A stretch of 64,000 nt of DNA from a virus. A model generated the notes under the pieces. The model searched no databases. It was not told the DNA's origin and worked only from the letters and a program-made list of their open reading frames with translations. The DNA is taken from IMG/VR virus record IMGVR_UViG_3300029985_000017, positions 99,230-163,229 of that record. One strand, given 5' to 3'. This document shows positions 1-9,645 of this stretch, piece by piece. The first letter of the stretch is position 1, and every line of letters begins with the position of its first letter. Both the position numbers and the translations under genes were made by a program.

Positions 1-1566
1 AAGAGGAGAACGCTGCCATGCTGTGCCATTATAGATGGCAAAGTCGCCAGCATAGAACTGTTCGCCGGTAACTGCACCATTGCCAGCAACAGCAATGCCG
101 TCTGCAGAAGCTCTGTATACATCACCATTAAGAGGCGTTGGATCAAGAGCAGTTAGGGTATTAACGGCATCTGTCGGATTCCATGCGCCTTTATAGGTCA
201 TCAATGCGCTAGGCAATTGACTATATGGAACCTTACCAGAAGAATCTAGGGAGGCAACGCCATTATTTTGGCCAAGCATCCCGGTATTAAGAGCGGAACC
301 AGTATAGGTACCATCACTCAAACCAGTGATGTTATTGGACCCCATAGCGATATTGCCGGACATCGTTCCACCAGCAAGTGGTAGATAGAGACCGTCATTA
401 CCAGCCAATTTCTCAATAGCTGAAAGGATGCTGTCCGCAGAGGTGACAGTACCAGGAGCAGCGGAGAAGCCGGTCAATACTTTAGCAATAACCGCAGCAT
501 TGCTTAGAGTAATAGCTCCAGATGCAACGATCGATGCTTCACCAGACATTGCAACGTCAGCTGCAAGATTGGAAGCATTACCAACCAAGATGTGGTTCTG
601 AGTTAACGCAATTGAACTAGGCGTAATCGAAGGAGTCGCCCAAACTGGCAGCCCACCAGATACGGTCAATACTTGACCAGTCGTACCAACAGCAAGGTTA
701 GAATAGGTATTTGATGCGCTTGCATAGATCAAACCACCAGTAGAGGAGGCTGGAGCAAGAGCATTAAATGCAGCAGCTGCGGTCGTTTGACCAGTACCAC
801 CATGAGCGATGGCAACTGTAGTGCCATTCCAAGTACCTGACGTGATCGTACCAACACTAGACAAGCTAGAGGCGGTAGTCAGAGCAGATAGGGTGGCCAA
901 CGTTGCATTGCTTGTAGCAACTAAGCTAGTAGCAAGGCTACCGGCGCTAGTTGTAACATCGCCGGTAAGAGCCGGGAATTGCGAGGCTTGGAGAGTTCCA
1001 GTCAACTGAGTGGCTGGTAAACTCAAAGATGACAACGTAGTCAACGTAGAGTTGCTAGTAGCCGTAATGTTAGCAGCGGTTCCGCTGGTATTCGACGTAA
1101 TGGTCGAAGGAAGATCAGCAGCAACCATTGCTCTAAAGGTAGGAGCTGCGGCAGATCCTGAACCTGGGCCAGCAAAGATGCTATTAGCCGCTTGGGTCTG
1201 GAATACAGCCGTCAAATTACCCGAAGAGGTAATTGGGGAGACCGTAACATTGAATACGCTAGAAGGAAGGGTTAAGCCAACGCTGGTAACTGAACCAGAT
1301 GAAGGATTAGTCCAACTTAATACGCCAGTTCCGTCATTGGTAAGAACATAGCCGGAAGAAGCAGCCTGAGCAGGTGGTAAAGTTAAGGTATAAGTGCTCG
1401 TAGTGGCTGACGCATTTAAAATGACGTAACCAGACGTTGCACCATTAATTTCTAAATTCCCCGATAGGTCCAACCCGCCATTAAGGAGTAGGGTATTGGA
1501 AGCGCTGGAGAAATCAACGGTTCTAGGTACGCCGTTGATTAAACTTAATAGTTTTGAATAATTCAT
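1..1566 (-). CDS. Tail fibre/adhesin protein, runs off the window start (absent from ORF track)
   Basis: ATG at 1566 after AAAGGA. Open to position 1: MNYSKLLSLINGVPRT...GSVTSVGL...VAIAHGGTG...GTTGQVLTVSGGLPVW...YLPLAGGTMSG...YKGAWN. S/T/G/A-rich fibre motifs. Confidence 0.8.
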   Translation of the reverse strand, partial: MNYSKLLSLINGVPRTVDFSSASNTLLLNGGLDLSGNLEINGATSGYVILNASATTSTYTLTLPPAQAASSGYVLTNDGTGVLSWTNPSSGSVTSVGLTLPSSVFNVTVSPITSSGNLTAVFQTQAANSIFAGPGSGSAAAPTFRAMVAADLPSTITSNTSGTAANITATSNSTLTTLSSLSLPATQLTGTLQASQFPALTGDVTTSAGSLATSLVATSNATLATLSALTTASSLSSVGTITSGTWNGTTVAIAHGGTGQTTAAAAFNALAPASSTGGLIYASASNTYSNLAVGTTGQVLTVSGGLPVWATPSITPSSIALTQNHILVGNASNLAADVAMSGEASIVASGAITLSNAAVIAKVLTGFSAAPGTVTSADSILSAIEKLAGNDGLYLPLAGGTMSGNIAMGSNNITGLSDGTYTGSALNTGMLGQNNGVASLDSSGKVPYSQLPSALMTYKGAWNPTDAVNTLTALDPTPLNGDVYRASADGIAVAGNGAVTGEQFYAGDFAIYNGTAWQRSPL

Positions 1567-1652
1567 ATTATTTCCTTTTTACGTTTTTGATACGTCGGTT
1601 ATTAATTATCGGCCAATCCGATACGTTAATTTTGTCCTTAGTTTATTTAAAT

Positions 1653-1660
1653 TAAAGATT
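1653..1660 (-). promoter_or_regulatory. AATCTTTA late-promoter-like motif
   Basis: Same 8-mer lies upstream of several virion genes (5361, 17831, 26298, 39273). Confidence 0.6.
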
Positions 1661-1705
1661 GTTTTTCTCTATTGTTATATCTTGTAAATACCTGAAATTA
1701 AAAGA

Positions 1706-2167
1706 TTATAATATTCCGAAGTTCTGTGTGAATATCTGTAGATCTTGATTTAATGGATTATTTTCCCCTTTAACGATCACTCCACAAAAAACCATACTGT
1801 CTCCGGAGGTAAAAGGGGCTACAGGATTCCCATTAATATCCACGGGTTTAATGTTCTGTAAGGAACCACCAACACTCATATAGATTGCATCTCCAATGGA
1901 AAAAGAGTACCCGCTCAAATTTTCTAGCCTACCGGTAGAAATTATAGGTCCTAGAGTGGCTGTGGGTATTCTAACATTAGCATAGCCTACAAAAGCTTGA
2001 ACCGATGCCTGAGAGGTAACGTCGGTTAAACCTATGGATCCATCATTTTGGGTAGAGCAAGGGGCACCTTGAGGAATAGCTAAACCAGTGTTATTATAAT
2101 AATTAGTTATAAGGGATACGCTTGATCCCGTAGACTGCCTTCCTGTAAAAATTGGGTTATAGCTCAT
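1706..2167 (-). CDS. Virion-associated protein (fibre accessory/cement-like)
   Basis: 153 aa beta-rich ORF between fibre genes, with GDAIYMS motif. Confidence 0.5.
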   Translation of the reverse strand: MSYNPIFTGRQSTGSSVSLITNYYNNTGLAIPQGAPCSTQNDGSIGLTDVTSQASVQAFVGYANVRIPTATLGPIISTGRLENLSGYSFSIGDAIYMSVGGSLQNIKPVDINGNPVAPFTSGDSMVFCGVIVKGENNPLNQDLQIFTQNFGIL

Positions 2168-2179
2168 TTTTTGACTCCA

Positions 2180-5100
2180 TTAGAATATAAACCAGGAGGA
2201 ACCGTTTGAGACTAAAGAAAACGATTCATATTGAACATTGGTAGTAAGAGTATTAAAACCATCAATTAAATCGGATCCAGCGCCCATAATAATCATGCTA
2301 TTGGTGGTGGAATCTGTTTTCTTAAAATAAAACACTCTACTATTAGAACTTACAGCCGTTGGCAAGGTAAAAACGATATTGCCAGCAGTACAGTCTGCCA
2401 ACAAGAACCCATCTGTGCCTAATACAGTGTAGGAACTAGTTTTAGTAGAAATATTGATTGGGCCATTTAGAGCATCTGCGCCAGTAGCTCCAGTTGGGCC
2501 TGCTGGACCGGTTGGACCTGGAGGGCCTTCTCCGCCACCACCGCCACCGCCGCCGCCGCCGCCAAATCTGAGTTCTAGTTCATCGCCAACGACTAAGCCG
2601 CCGCCTGGCAATGTTAGAATTTCAATTTGATTAGAAGGAGTTCCAGCAACTCCAACTTCAGAATATGCGCCACTCTCAACGTCTAAAAACTGGCCATTTA
2701 AAAATACTTGTAGAGTTCCTTTGCCTACCGTATAATAAGAAACAACATCGCTTTCTCTAGAATTAAGAGGTAAGGTAATAATCGTACTATTAGCAACTGG
2801 ACCATTTAAAGAAGAAGGAGGGGTAGCTCCAGAAGCAACAATTTCTATAGTTTCATCATAAGTTGGTGAATCTAAACTGGCTTCTAGATTACCAAGAGAT
2901 AAATCCAGCTTTTTGATGGCTAAAGTTAAATTATCTCCATCGTTAACTATGAAGTTACCTTGGCCAGTTCCTGCTTGGGTAGTTGCAAATGTAAATGGAG
3001 TGGTACCATTTGATATACCATTTGAAACACCGGACGAATTATTTGTTATTGTAACTACATCTCCGGTAGCACTAGCAGCAAAATCGGCAAAAGGAAGATT
3101 ATTATTCAAAGCAGCGGCTAACTTAGTAGCTACTTGAGCTGCTGTATCGCTAGTTAAAACATCTACTTCTATAGCATCGTTAGTATTTGCAACTAAAGGC
3201 AATGAACCAGAACCATTTACTTTAAACCAAACTACATAATTTCGTGCATCTGCAGAAGAACTGGCCAAGAAATAATGTGAGGGAGTTATTGTAGAACCGG
3301 CTGTGGTAGTGGTGGTACTAATTTGTGGCAATACTGCTTGACTAGTACCTTGATAGATATTATATGTAGAAACGTATTCTGGAGTAGTGGAAGAATCAGT
3401 TGGGCTACCGATATAAGATAAGACGTTTTGAATTTGAGGTCCTGAAACATTTTCAGAAACACCATAAGACAAATCTAATCCAAGCCAACGAACATACACT
3501 CTTGGGAGTGATCCACCATCATCGTTTCTTGCTAGCAACCACGAGGTATTTGGATTGATGGGTACAGCACCACGAGCTACAATATGAATTTGTCTTGCAC
3601 TTGCTCCTACGCCCGGTAAGGTATATTCACCAAATGAATATTGGGAAGGGGCGCCGCCAGCACCGGTAGAAGTGCCGCTAAATGCACCGGTTAATGTTAC
3701 TTGAGACGTAGAATTAACTGTCTGAATTTCATAATATCCAGCGTGAGTCCCACTTGATAGTTTAATCCAGTCGCCAGCTTCAAGTCCCGTAGTCCAAGTA
3801 ACGCTGCCAACTGAAGAAACAATAGCGCTACTATTAGTCCAAATAAGATCTGGGGTAATAGCAGCATCACGAGTCAAAGTAATATAAGCTACTTGACCAT
3901 CTGAAAGAGTTACCGAACTACCCGTTGGATTAGCCGCGATTTGATAATCAATATTTGAGCCAATCACTTTAAAATTTAATACATTAGACCAATTAATTTG
4001 ACCTGGTTGGGTGGCAACCGGATTAATAAATGAAACCGTAGTGCTGCTAGAGACAGGAGAAAAAGCTATTGTAGAATCACCGGTACCACTAGATAGTGCG
4101 AGTGTTCCAGAAGATAGAGGGGCTCCAGTTCCTATAGCTAAAAGAGTTGCTCCAGTAACAATAGTGTTTTGAACCGTGAAATTAAATCCGTTATTGGTAT
4201 AAATTGCACCTGCTGTAGCATTTGCTGACGAGACAGTAAAAGTATAGTACGTATTATCTTGAGACTCATTGCTCATCGTAACCGTAGAACCAGTAACTGA
4301 CAAGACAGTAGTTCCACCAGTAAAGGCTTCGCCGCTAATATATTGACCGCTTGCAATTCCTACGGTAGAAGCCAATGAAGTAATTTGATTGCTACCTAAT
4401 GTAACATTACCAGTAGTCGTTAAAATAGGAGTAGTGTCTGGAATAACACCATGACTGATGTTGCCGTTACTAGTGAGGATGGTGTTGACTGCGTCTTCTC
4501 TTAGTTGAGCGATGGAGCCGCTAGGACCTACGCCGATAGCAGAATACCAATAAGGACCACCGCCAATATAAAGCAATTCGGTCTCTACAGCATCAATCCA
4601 ATCCTTAAGATCGGTAATAGCCTTATCACCACCGTAGAACGGGTTTGAAGAGTTAGTAAAAGTGGTGGGAGGATTCTCGGTCGTGCCCTCTGACCACGGG
4701 TACACATAATATGGATTAGGACTTGATCCACCGGTACCCAAACGAAACAACAGCGGCCTAGAATCGGTAATAGAAACTACATTGTTTCCAGAATCGGTTA
4801 GAACTACTGCTAGATGCAATATATTTGAAGCCCAAGTTGTGGAGCTAATAACGAATTCATAATTCATTACGATTGAAGCTGGAGCAATGGTGGAGTCTTC
4901 TTGATTCGTAGAAGGATCCCAAAGTTCGCGTTGAACGTCTGTGGTAGGATCTTGAAATCTGTAATAATCTATACCGACATAGTTATTGGTTCCTGGTACG
5001 AAAGCACCAGAAACGTTAGAGACCGTGGCAGCATTCAGGGTCACATTAGGGGTTCCAGCAGGAACCAGGTAAATAGTACCCGATTGGGAAGCCGTGGTAT

Positions 5101-5332
5101 GCATTAAGGCGCCATTAGACACTATAACCTGGAGATTAGAAGCGGCGCCACCAATTGGATTGGAGGCCATGTTGAGGGTGAATCCGTTAATAATATACGG
5201 ATTGCCCGCACCAGTAACAAAGGCCTCAAAAGATGCATCAAAATCAGCACTTACAGCAGATTCTATCGCCCTCATATCGGGCGTATCTACTCTCATTTGG
5301 GAGAGCCAATTAACTCGGCGTTGGATGGACAT
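2180..5332 (-). CDS. Baseplate-attached tail fibre/structural protein with poly-Gly and collagen-like segment
   Basis: 1050 aa, S/T/G-rich; poly-G then GPPGPTGPAGPTGATGAD near the C-terminus; tail module context. Confidence 0.7.
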   Translation of the reverse strand: MSIQRRVNWLSQMRVDTPDMRAIESAVSADFDASFEAFVTGAGNPYIINGFTLNMASNPIGGAASNLQVIVSNGALMHTTASQSGTIYLVPAGTPNVTLNAATVSNVSGAFVPGTNNYVGIDYYRFQDPTTDVQRELWDPSTNQEDSTIAPASIVMNYEFVISSTTWASNILHLAVVLTDSGNNVVSITDSRPLLFRLGTGGSSPNPYYVYPWSEGTTENPPTTFTNSSNPFYGGDKAITDLKDWIDAVETELLYIGGGPYWYSAIGVGPSGSIAQLREDAVNTILTSNGNISHGVIPDTTPILTTTGNVTLGSNQITSLASTVGIASGQYISGEAFTGGTTVLSVTGSTVTMSNESQDNTYYTFTVSSANATAGAIYTNNGFNFTVQNTIVTGATLLAIGTGAPLSSGTLALSSGTGDSTIAFSPVSSSTTVSFINPVATQPGQINWSNVLNFKVIGSNIDYQIAANPTGSSVTLSDGQVAYITLTRDAAITPDLIWTNSSAIVSSVGSVTWTTGLEAGDWIKLSSGTHAGYYEIQTVNSTSQVTLTGAFSGTSTGAGGAPSQYSFGEYTLPGVGASARQIHIVARGAVPINPNTSWLLARNDDGGSLPRVYVRWLGLDLSYGVSENVSGPQIQNVLSYIGSPTDSSTTPEYVSTYNIYQGTSQAVLPQISTTTTTAGSTITPSHYFLASSSADARNYVVWFKVNGSGSLPLVANTNDAIEVDVLTSDTAAQVATKLAAALNNNLPFADFAASATGDVVTITNNSSGVSNGISNGTTPFTFATTQAGTGQGNFIVNDGDNLTLAIKKLDLSLGNLEASLDSPTYDETIEIVASGATPPSSLNGPVANSTIITLPLNSRESDVVSYYTVGKGTLQVFLNGQFLDVESGAYSEVGVAGTPSNQIEILTLPGGGLVVGDELELRFGGGGGGGGGGGEGPPGPTGPAGPTGATGADALNGPINISTKTSSYTVLGTDGFLLADCTAGNIVFTLPTAVSSNSRVFYFKKTDSTTNSMIIMGAGSDLIDGFNTLTTNVQYESFSLVSNGSSWFIF

Positions 5333-5360
5333 GTACTACCCTCTGGAATGGACCTTAAAG

Positions 5361-5368
5361 TAAAGATT
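5361..5368 (-). promoter_or_regulatory. AATCTTTA late-promoter-like motif
   Basis: 28 nt upstream of the 5332 start. Confidence 0.6.
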
Positions 5369-5447
5369 CCTACCTTTTCTTATATCATTTAACCCTATTT
5401 ATCTTAATAACTTGACACGGAATCTTTACCTATGATAGTATATAGGC

Positions 5448-5852
5448 ATGAGGGACATCATTTTGGGTAAGTCTAGAACGAATCGTCATGGTTTGACCAA
5501 AGAACAAGAGCTTGTTAAAGAAAATCAAGGACTTAAACGCGAAAATAGTAGGCTCCGGAAGCTTTTAGCTAGGGCAGATCTAAATCGTTATGAAAATGTT
5601 AAGGAAGCTGTAGAAGATCATGAACGAAATCTTGGACTTCCTACCACTCAGGATCTATTGGAATCATTGAAGAAAGAGTGGAAATGCCGAGAATGTACTG
5701 AAGGCTATCTAGAAATCATCGTTTATACGAAAATAGGAGATCCTTGGTACTTTAGAAAATGCTCAGATTTTGGTTGCAAAAATCGTACCAAGAGCCAAAA
5801 ATATGACTCCAAATCCGTTCGTGGGATCATTAAGAAATCAACTGAAGAATAA
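5448..5852 (+). CDS. Coiled-coil plus Zn-ribbon protein
   Basis: CRECT...CSDFGC; TTGACA at 5412 upstream. Confidence 0.6.
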   Translation: MRDIILGKSRTNRHGLTKEQELVKENQGLKRENSRLRKLLARADLNRYENVKEAVEDHERNLGLPTTQDLLESLKKEWKCRECTEGYLEIIVYTKIGDPWYFRKCSDFGCKNRTKSQKYDSKSVRGIIKKSTEE

Positions 5853-5857
5853 ATAGC

Positions 5858-5886
5858 TTGACTTTTCGAATATTCCTTGTTAGACT
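5858..5886 (+). promoter_or_regulatory. sigma70-type promoter
   Basis: TTGACT-N17-TAGACT, then AGGAG and ATG 5907. Confidence 0.7.
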
Positions 5887-5906
5887 GATAGCAGGAGAAT
5901 ATAAGA

Positions 5907-6353
5907 ATGACTTATTTATCTATTATAACTTCTGCCGCAAAAGCAGCTAAAGTCAGTGCTGTCCTTCTCTATGCTATTTGTGCCCACGAAAGTCGTGATT
6001 TCACCTTAGACTATGCGCTGTATGACAATGGATCTCCAAGCTACGGCGTGTGTCAAGTTAAGGAAAATACAGCTAGGATGCTAGGATTCAAGGGCGATGC
6101 GATTGAATTGAGAAATGCCGTGGTGTCTACAAAATATGCCGCTCTTTATCTTAAGTATGAACAAGATAGGTATGGAGAAAATGATTGGGTTGTTTTGACC
6201 GCTAGCTATAATGCGGGTAGCTATATTGAATCCGCAAAAAAGCCCGGTTTTCCAAAGAACTTAAAGTACGTTAAGCTAGTTCAAGCTAAGTTGCCAGATG
6301 AATACAAAGACCGTCTAAATGGAACAAACAAAGGGGGAGTCCCATGGAAGTAA
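5907..6353 (+). CDS. Lytic transglycosylase (SLT family)
   Basis: AICAHES (catalytic E), GVCQV, ASYNAG motifs. Confidence 0.85.
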   Translation: MTYLSIITSAAKAAKVSAVLLYAICAHESRDFTLDYALYDNGSPSYGVCQVKENTARMLGFKGDAIELRNAVVSTKYAALYLKYEQDRYGENDWVVLTASYNAGSYIESAKKPGFPKNLKYVKLVQAKLPDEYKDRLNGTNKGGVPWK

Positions 6354-6658
6354 TTAAATTGACCAAAAAAATGCTTAAGATGCATCCTGCTGATCTACTG
6401 ATTAAGTTAGGTGCTGCTGATTTGAAGAAAAAAGTTGCATATCCACAACATGTCTATTTTTCAAGGGAAGACTATAAAGAATTAGGAAATAATCTAAAAG
6501 CTTATGCTAAAAAAACAGCTCCATACACTTCCTCTAGGATAGTAAATTATTCTGTAGGCATGGACCTTCTCAACTTTGGTCCTAATGAAACACTTAAGGA
6601 TGCCGTTCGTCCTGGTTGGGCATTGGTGGATAAAAAGGGAATTGCTAAGGAACAATAA
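6344..6658 (+). CDS. Hypothetical protein
   Basis: Overlaps previous gene, GGGGAG RBS. Confidence 0.6.
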   Translation: MEVIKLTKKMLKMHPADLLIKLGAADLKKKVAYPQHVYFSREDYKELGNNLKAYAKKTAPYTSSRIVNYSVGMDLLNFGPNETLKDAVRPGWALVDKKGIAKEQ

Positions 6659-7282
6659 ATGGAACGCAAAGGCATCTTTTTTTGGTCAGATTTACATATT
6701 GGTCACGCCAATGTTTTGAAATTTGATAATAGGCCATTTAAAGATTTGGATCATATGCATGAGGTTCTAATAAATAACTATAATTCCACCGTAAAAGATG
6801 GGGTGTGTTATTTTTTAGGAGATATTGGACTTGGTAAATCAGATATAGTCCAAAAAGTCATTTCTAGAATGATTGGAGTTAAAATCTGTATTCTTGGAAA
6901 TCATGATAAGGGTGTTGAAGCCATGTATAAGGCTGGATTTGACGCTGTACTTTATGGAGCAACTATGCAAATTGCTGGGGAACGTGTAACGCTTTCTCAT
7001 TGCCCCTTGTTAGGCGTTTATCGTGAGCAATGCGAAGGTATGAATGGAACTAAGACAGGCGAAAATTGGCATGGTGAGAGTCGTGAAAAAACAAAAATTT
7101 ATACCATTAAAGATGAGGGCCAGTACCACCTTCATGGTCACATTCACAGTCCCAATGGTGGAAAAAGTCAAAAGATATCGGGAAGACAATACGATGTGGG
7201 AGTTGCGGCCAATGGGTATAAGCCTATTAGTATTTCGGTAATAGAGAGTTGGATTGCGAAAACAAAGGAAGAAAAGAAGTAA
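6659..7282 (+). CDS. Calcineurin-like metallophosphoesterase
   Basis: DLHIGH, LGD, GNHD, HGHIH motifs. Confidence 0.9.
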   Translation: MERKGIFFWSDLHIGHANVLKFDNRPFKDLDHMHEVLINNYNSTVKDGVCYFLGDIGLGKSDIVQKVISRMIGVKICILGNHDKGVEAMYKAGFDAVLYGATMQIAGERVTLSHCPLLGVYREQCEGMNGTKTGENWHGESREKTKIYTIKDEGQYHLHGHIHSPNGGKSQKISGRQYDVGVAANGYKPISISVIESWIAKTKEEKK

Positions 7283-7711
7283 TCAGCTACGATCTAGAGC
7301 CCACAAAGGTACCATACCCTTAAAACTAAAATTAAGTTTGTAGGTTCCTTTAGTTGGAATAGAATGAGATTCACTTGTAACCTTTGCTTGTGGAATAAAA
7401 ATAATATCTTCAGATGTTGAGCGATCAGTTACACGTAATGATACATAAGGATTCGCTGATTGATCGGTAAACAATGGTCTAAGATTTTTAGCTTGCAAGC
7501 CGCCCGAATTCTTAAGACGGAACCCATTTACCTGGCCTGAAATAGTAACTTTATTTCCTGCAATTTCTTGTGGATATGGAGAATCAATACCATAAATCTC
7601 TTCTTCTCCGTAATCAACGGTAAATGAGATATCTGCAACTTCCTTATACTGTTGATTATTCCAGAAAATTTCTATTTGAGCACCTGTGATGGTTACTGGG
7701 ATTGAAGACAT
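7283..7711 (-). CDS. Tail tube-like protein
   Basis: About 142 aa beta-rich; YGEEEIYGIDS tube-like motif; start MSSIP after GGAGG. Confidence 0.6.
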   Translation of the reverse strand: MSSIPVTITGAQIEIFWNNQQYKEVADISFTVDYGEEEIYGIDSPYPQEIAGNKVTISGQVNGFRLKNSGGLQAKNLRPLFTDQSANPYVSLRVTDRSTSEDIIFIPQAKVTSESHSIPTKGTYKLNFSFKGMVPLWALDRS

Positions 7712-7712
7712 T

Positions 7713-9641
7713 TTATGTACCTCCCAGATCATTTACTGGATATTGGACTGATGTTGGGTTTGGACCATAGACATATTTTATTTCTGAGTGAGAAGTTCCT
7801 GCGCCCCCCAAACCAATGTCGTTGGGATAAAGTATAACAAAATTAATTGTAATCCCAGCTGCTATTACTTGATTAATCAAATCTTGGCAGTAAATACGGC
7901 CACCAACCACATCGGTTATTACGAAATCATAATCGCTACCATTAGTATTCACTACTACTGGTGCTTTGTTTAACACAACCCTAATCGATTGTCCTACAGG
8001 ATGATCAAATTGTAAATTGTTTACTGGACTTAACAAAATCGTCGTACTAGACGGAACTGCAATAACATTAGCAATCTCCTGTGTAGATCCCCCATAATCG
8101 AAGACTACATATCCGGTGCCATTAGGAAATCCAGTGCTATCTACTACAAATACTACATCACCCGTAGTAGCGTTAACATCTTGCGTAAGAGTCGTAGCAA
8201 CCCCACCAACCGTAAAAGGTTGTGTGGTATCAAACATATTTGGGCCAGGCTGATTAGGTTCTAATGATATATTATAGCCCTGTGGGCCGCTACCTATGAT
8301 ATTAGCTGATCCTGTATAAGAAATGGTCAAAGTATTAGCTAAACTATTATTATAAATAGAAACGATATTATCACTATTCACAATAGCGGTCAAATTGTTC
8401 GGAAGGGCATTTATAGCAGCAACCATATTTGTAACGGTTTCAAGAATAGTTCCACCAATTACAAAGTTAGCTCCTGCAACTAAAGTAATTCCAGAAGTAA
8501 GGCTAAAGGAATCGCCATTATTGGGTTGTGCGTTAAAAGTAAACGCCCCAAGTGGCGGATCATGTAAGTGGGCTGAACCCTCCCTACCCCTAGAAACGAC
8601 TTGGGTGGTGGCAGGCATATAGATCTGAACAACATTGGTAGTAGTTTGATAAAGTGCGGCGTAGTACCCTTTAGATGCTATGGTTTGTTTATCTGGATAG
8701 AAAAATAGTACTGATGTATCCGTACCTTGTGTTACAACGCCTGTAGTTCCAATTGGATTATAAATCTGAAAATAAGAACTTCCTGCTAATCCGCCTACAG
8801 CTGCTGTAATGGTATAAGTCCCTATATTAGCTGAAGAAGCAAATCCACCGCCATAAATATTTACATAATCTCCAACGGTAAGCTTTCCTAAATTAGGGTT
8901 TGCGCCACCAGACCATGTAAATCTAATCTGTCCATCCGATTGGGTTGTTAAAGTCCATTGAGTAGAAGAATTCCCTCCGGCATTAACAGTAGAAGGGAAT
9001 AAAAGAATATTCTGAGCACTACCACCTAAAACTGTTACCGAAGATCTTGGCCCAATGGTGCTGCTAACAAGTTCAACGTAATTACCAAGACCATTATTTT
9101 TAATGGTTGCTAATCCAGAAAGTCCTTGGCTATTTAAATAAGCTACAATTACATCTGCAACTTCTATCGCCTTAGCATTGGTTATATCGGTAAAATTGGC
9201 TGCTTGAAATGGAATAGTTACAGGTGCGCCACCGTCAAAGCTAACTATTAATGTGTCTCCACTTTGTAAGTTATATGGTTCTACAACAGTAGAAGAGTCT
9301 GTAGCTTTACAGTATTCATCTCCAAAAATTGCATCAAGTAGATTGTTAATTAGATCTCTTACCTGCTTACGATTTTTTATTTGAAGTCCAATTTCTCTAA
9401 AAGAAGAATCAGAGATACCAATTTGAGGGGGGCGTGTAACTCCATATTGAGAAAGTAACAGATCGAGATATTGGGCTGATGCTGTAGTAATAAAAAGCTG
9501 AGCATTTACTTGCTGCACAGAATTAACAAGATATGACGATCCCGTTGCTAAGGCATTTAAGACTGCATCAACATTTTTGCCTTTAAGTGCGGGATTAAGA
9601 TAGGATCTTAAACGTTTATATTCTGTTATATTATTTGCCAT
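7713..9641 (-). CDS. Baseplate wedge protein
   Basis: TASAQYLDLL..YGVTRP...DSSFRE wedge-type N-terminus; follows baseplate J-like gene. Confidence 0.65.
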   Translation of the reverse strand: MANNITEYKRLRSYLNPALKGKNVDAVLNALATGSSYLVNSVQQVNAQLFITTASAQYLDLLLSQYGVTRPPQIGISDSSFREIGLQIKNRKQVRDLINNLLDAIFGDEYCKATDSSTVVEPYNLQSGDTLIVSFDGGAPVTIPFQAANFTDITNAKAIEVADVIVAYLNSQGLSGLATIKNNGLGNYVELVSSTIGPRSSVTVLGGSAQNILLFPSTVNAGGNSSTQWTLTTQSDGQIRFTWSGGANPNLGKLTVGDYVNIYGGGFASSANIGTYTITAAVGGLAGSSYFQIYNPIGTTGVVTQGTDTSVLFFYPDKQTIASKGYYAALYQTTTNVVQIYMPATTQVVSRGREGSAHLHDPPLGAFTFNAQPNNGDSFSLTSGITLVAGANFVIGGTILETVTNMVAAINALPNNLTAIVNSDNIVSIYNNSLANTLTISYTGSANIIGSGPQGYNISLEPNQPGPNMFDTTQPFTVGGVATTLTQDVNATTGDVVFVVDSTGFPNGTGYVVFDYGGSTQEIANVIAVPSSTTILLSPVNNLQFDHPVGQSIRVVLNKAPVVVNTNGSDYDFVITDVVGGRIYCQDLINQVIAAGITINFVILYPNDIGLGGAGTSHSEIKYVYGPNPTSVQYPVNDLGGT

Positions 9642-9645
9642 ATAA

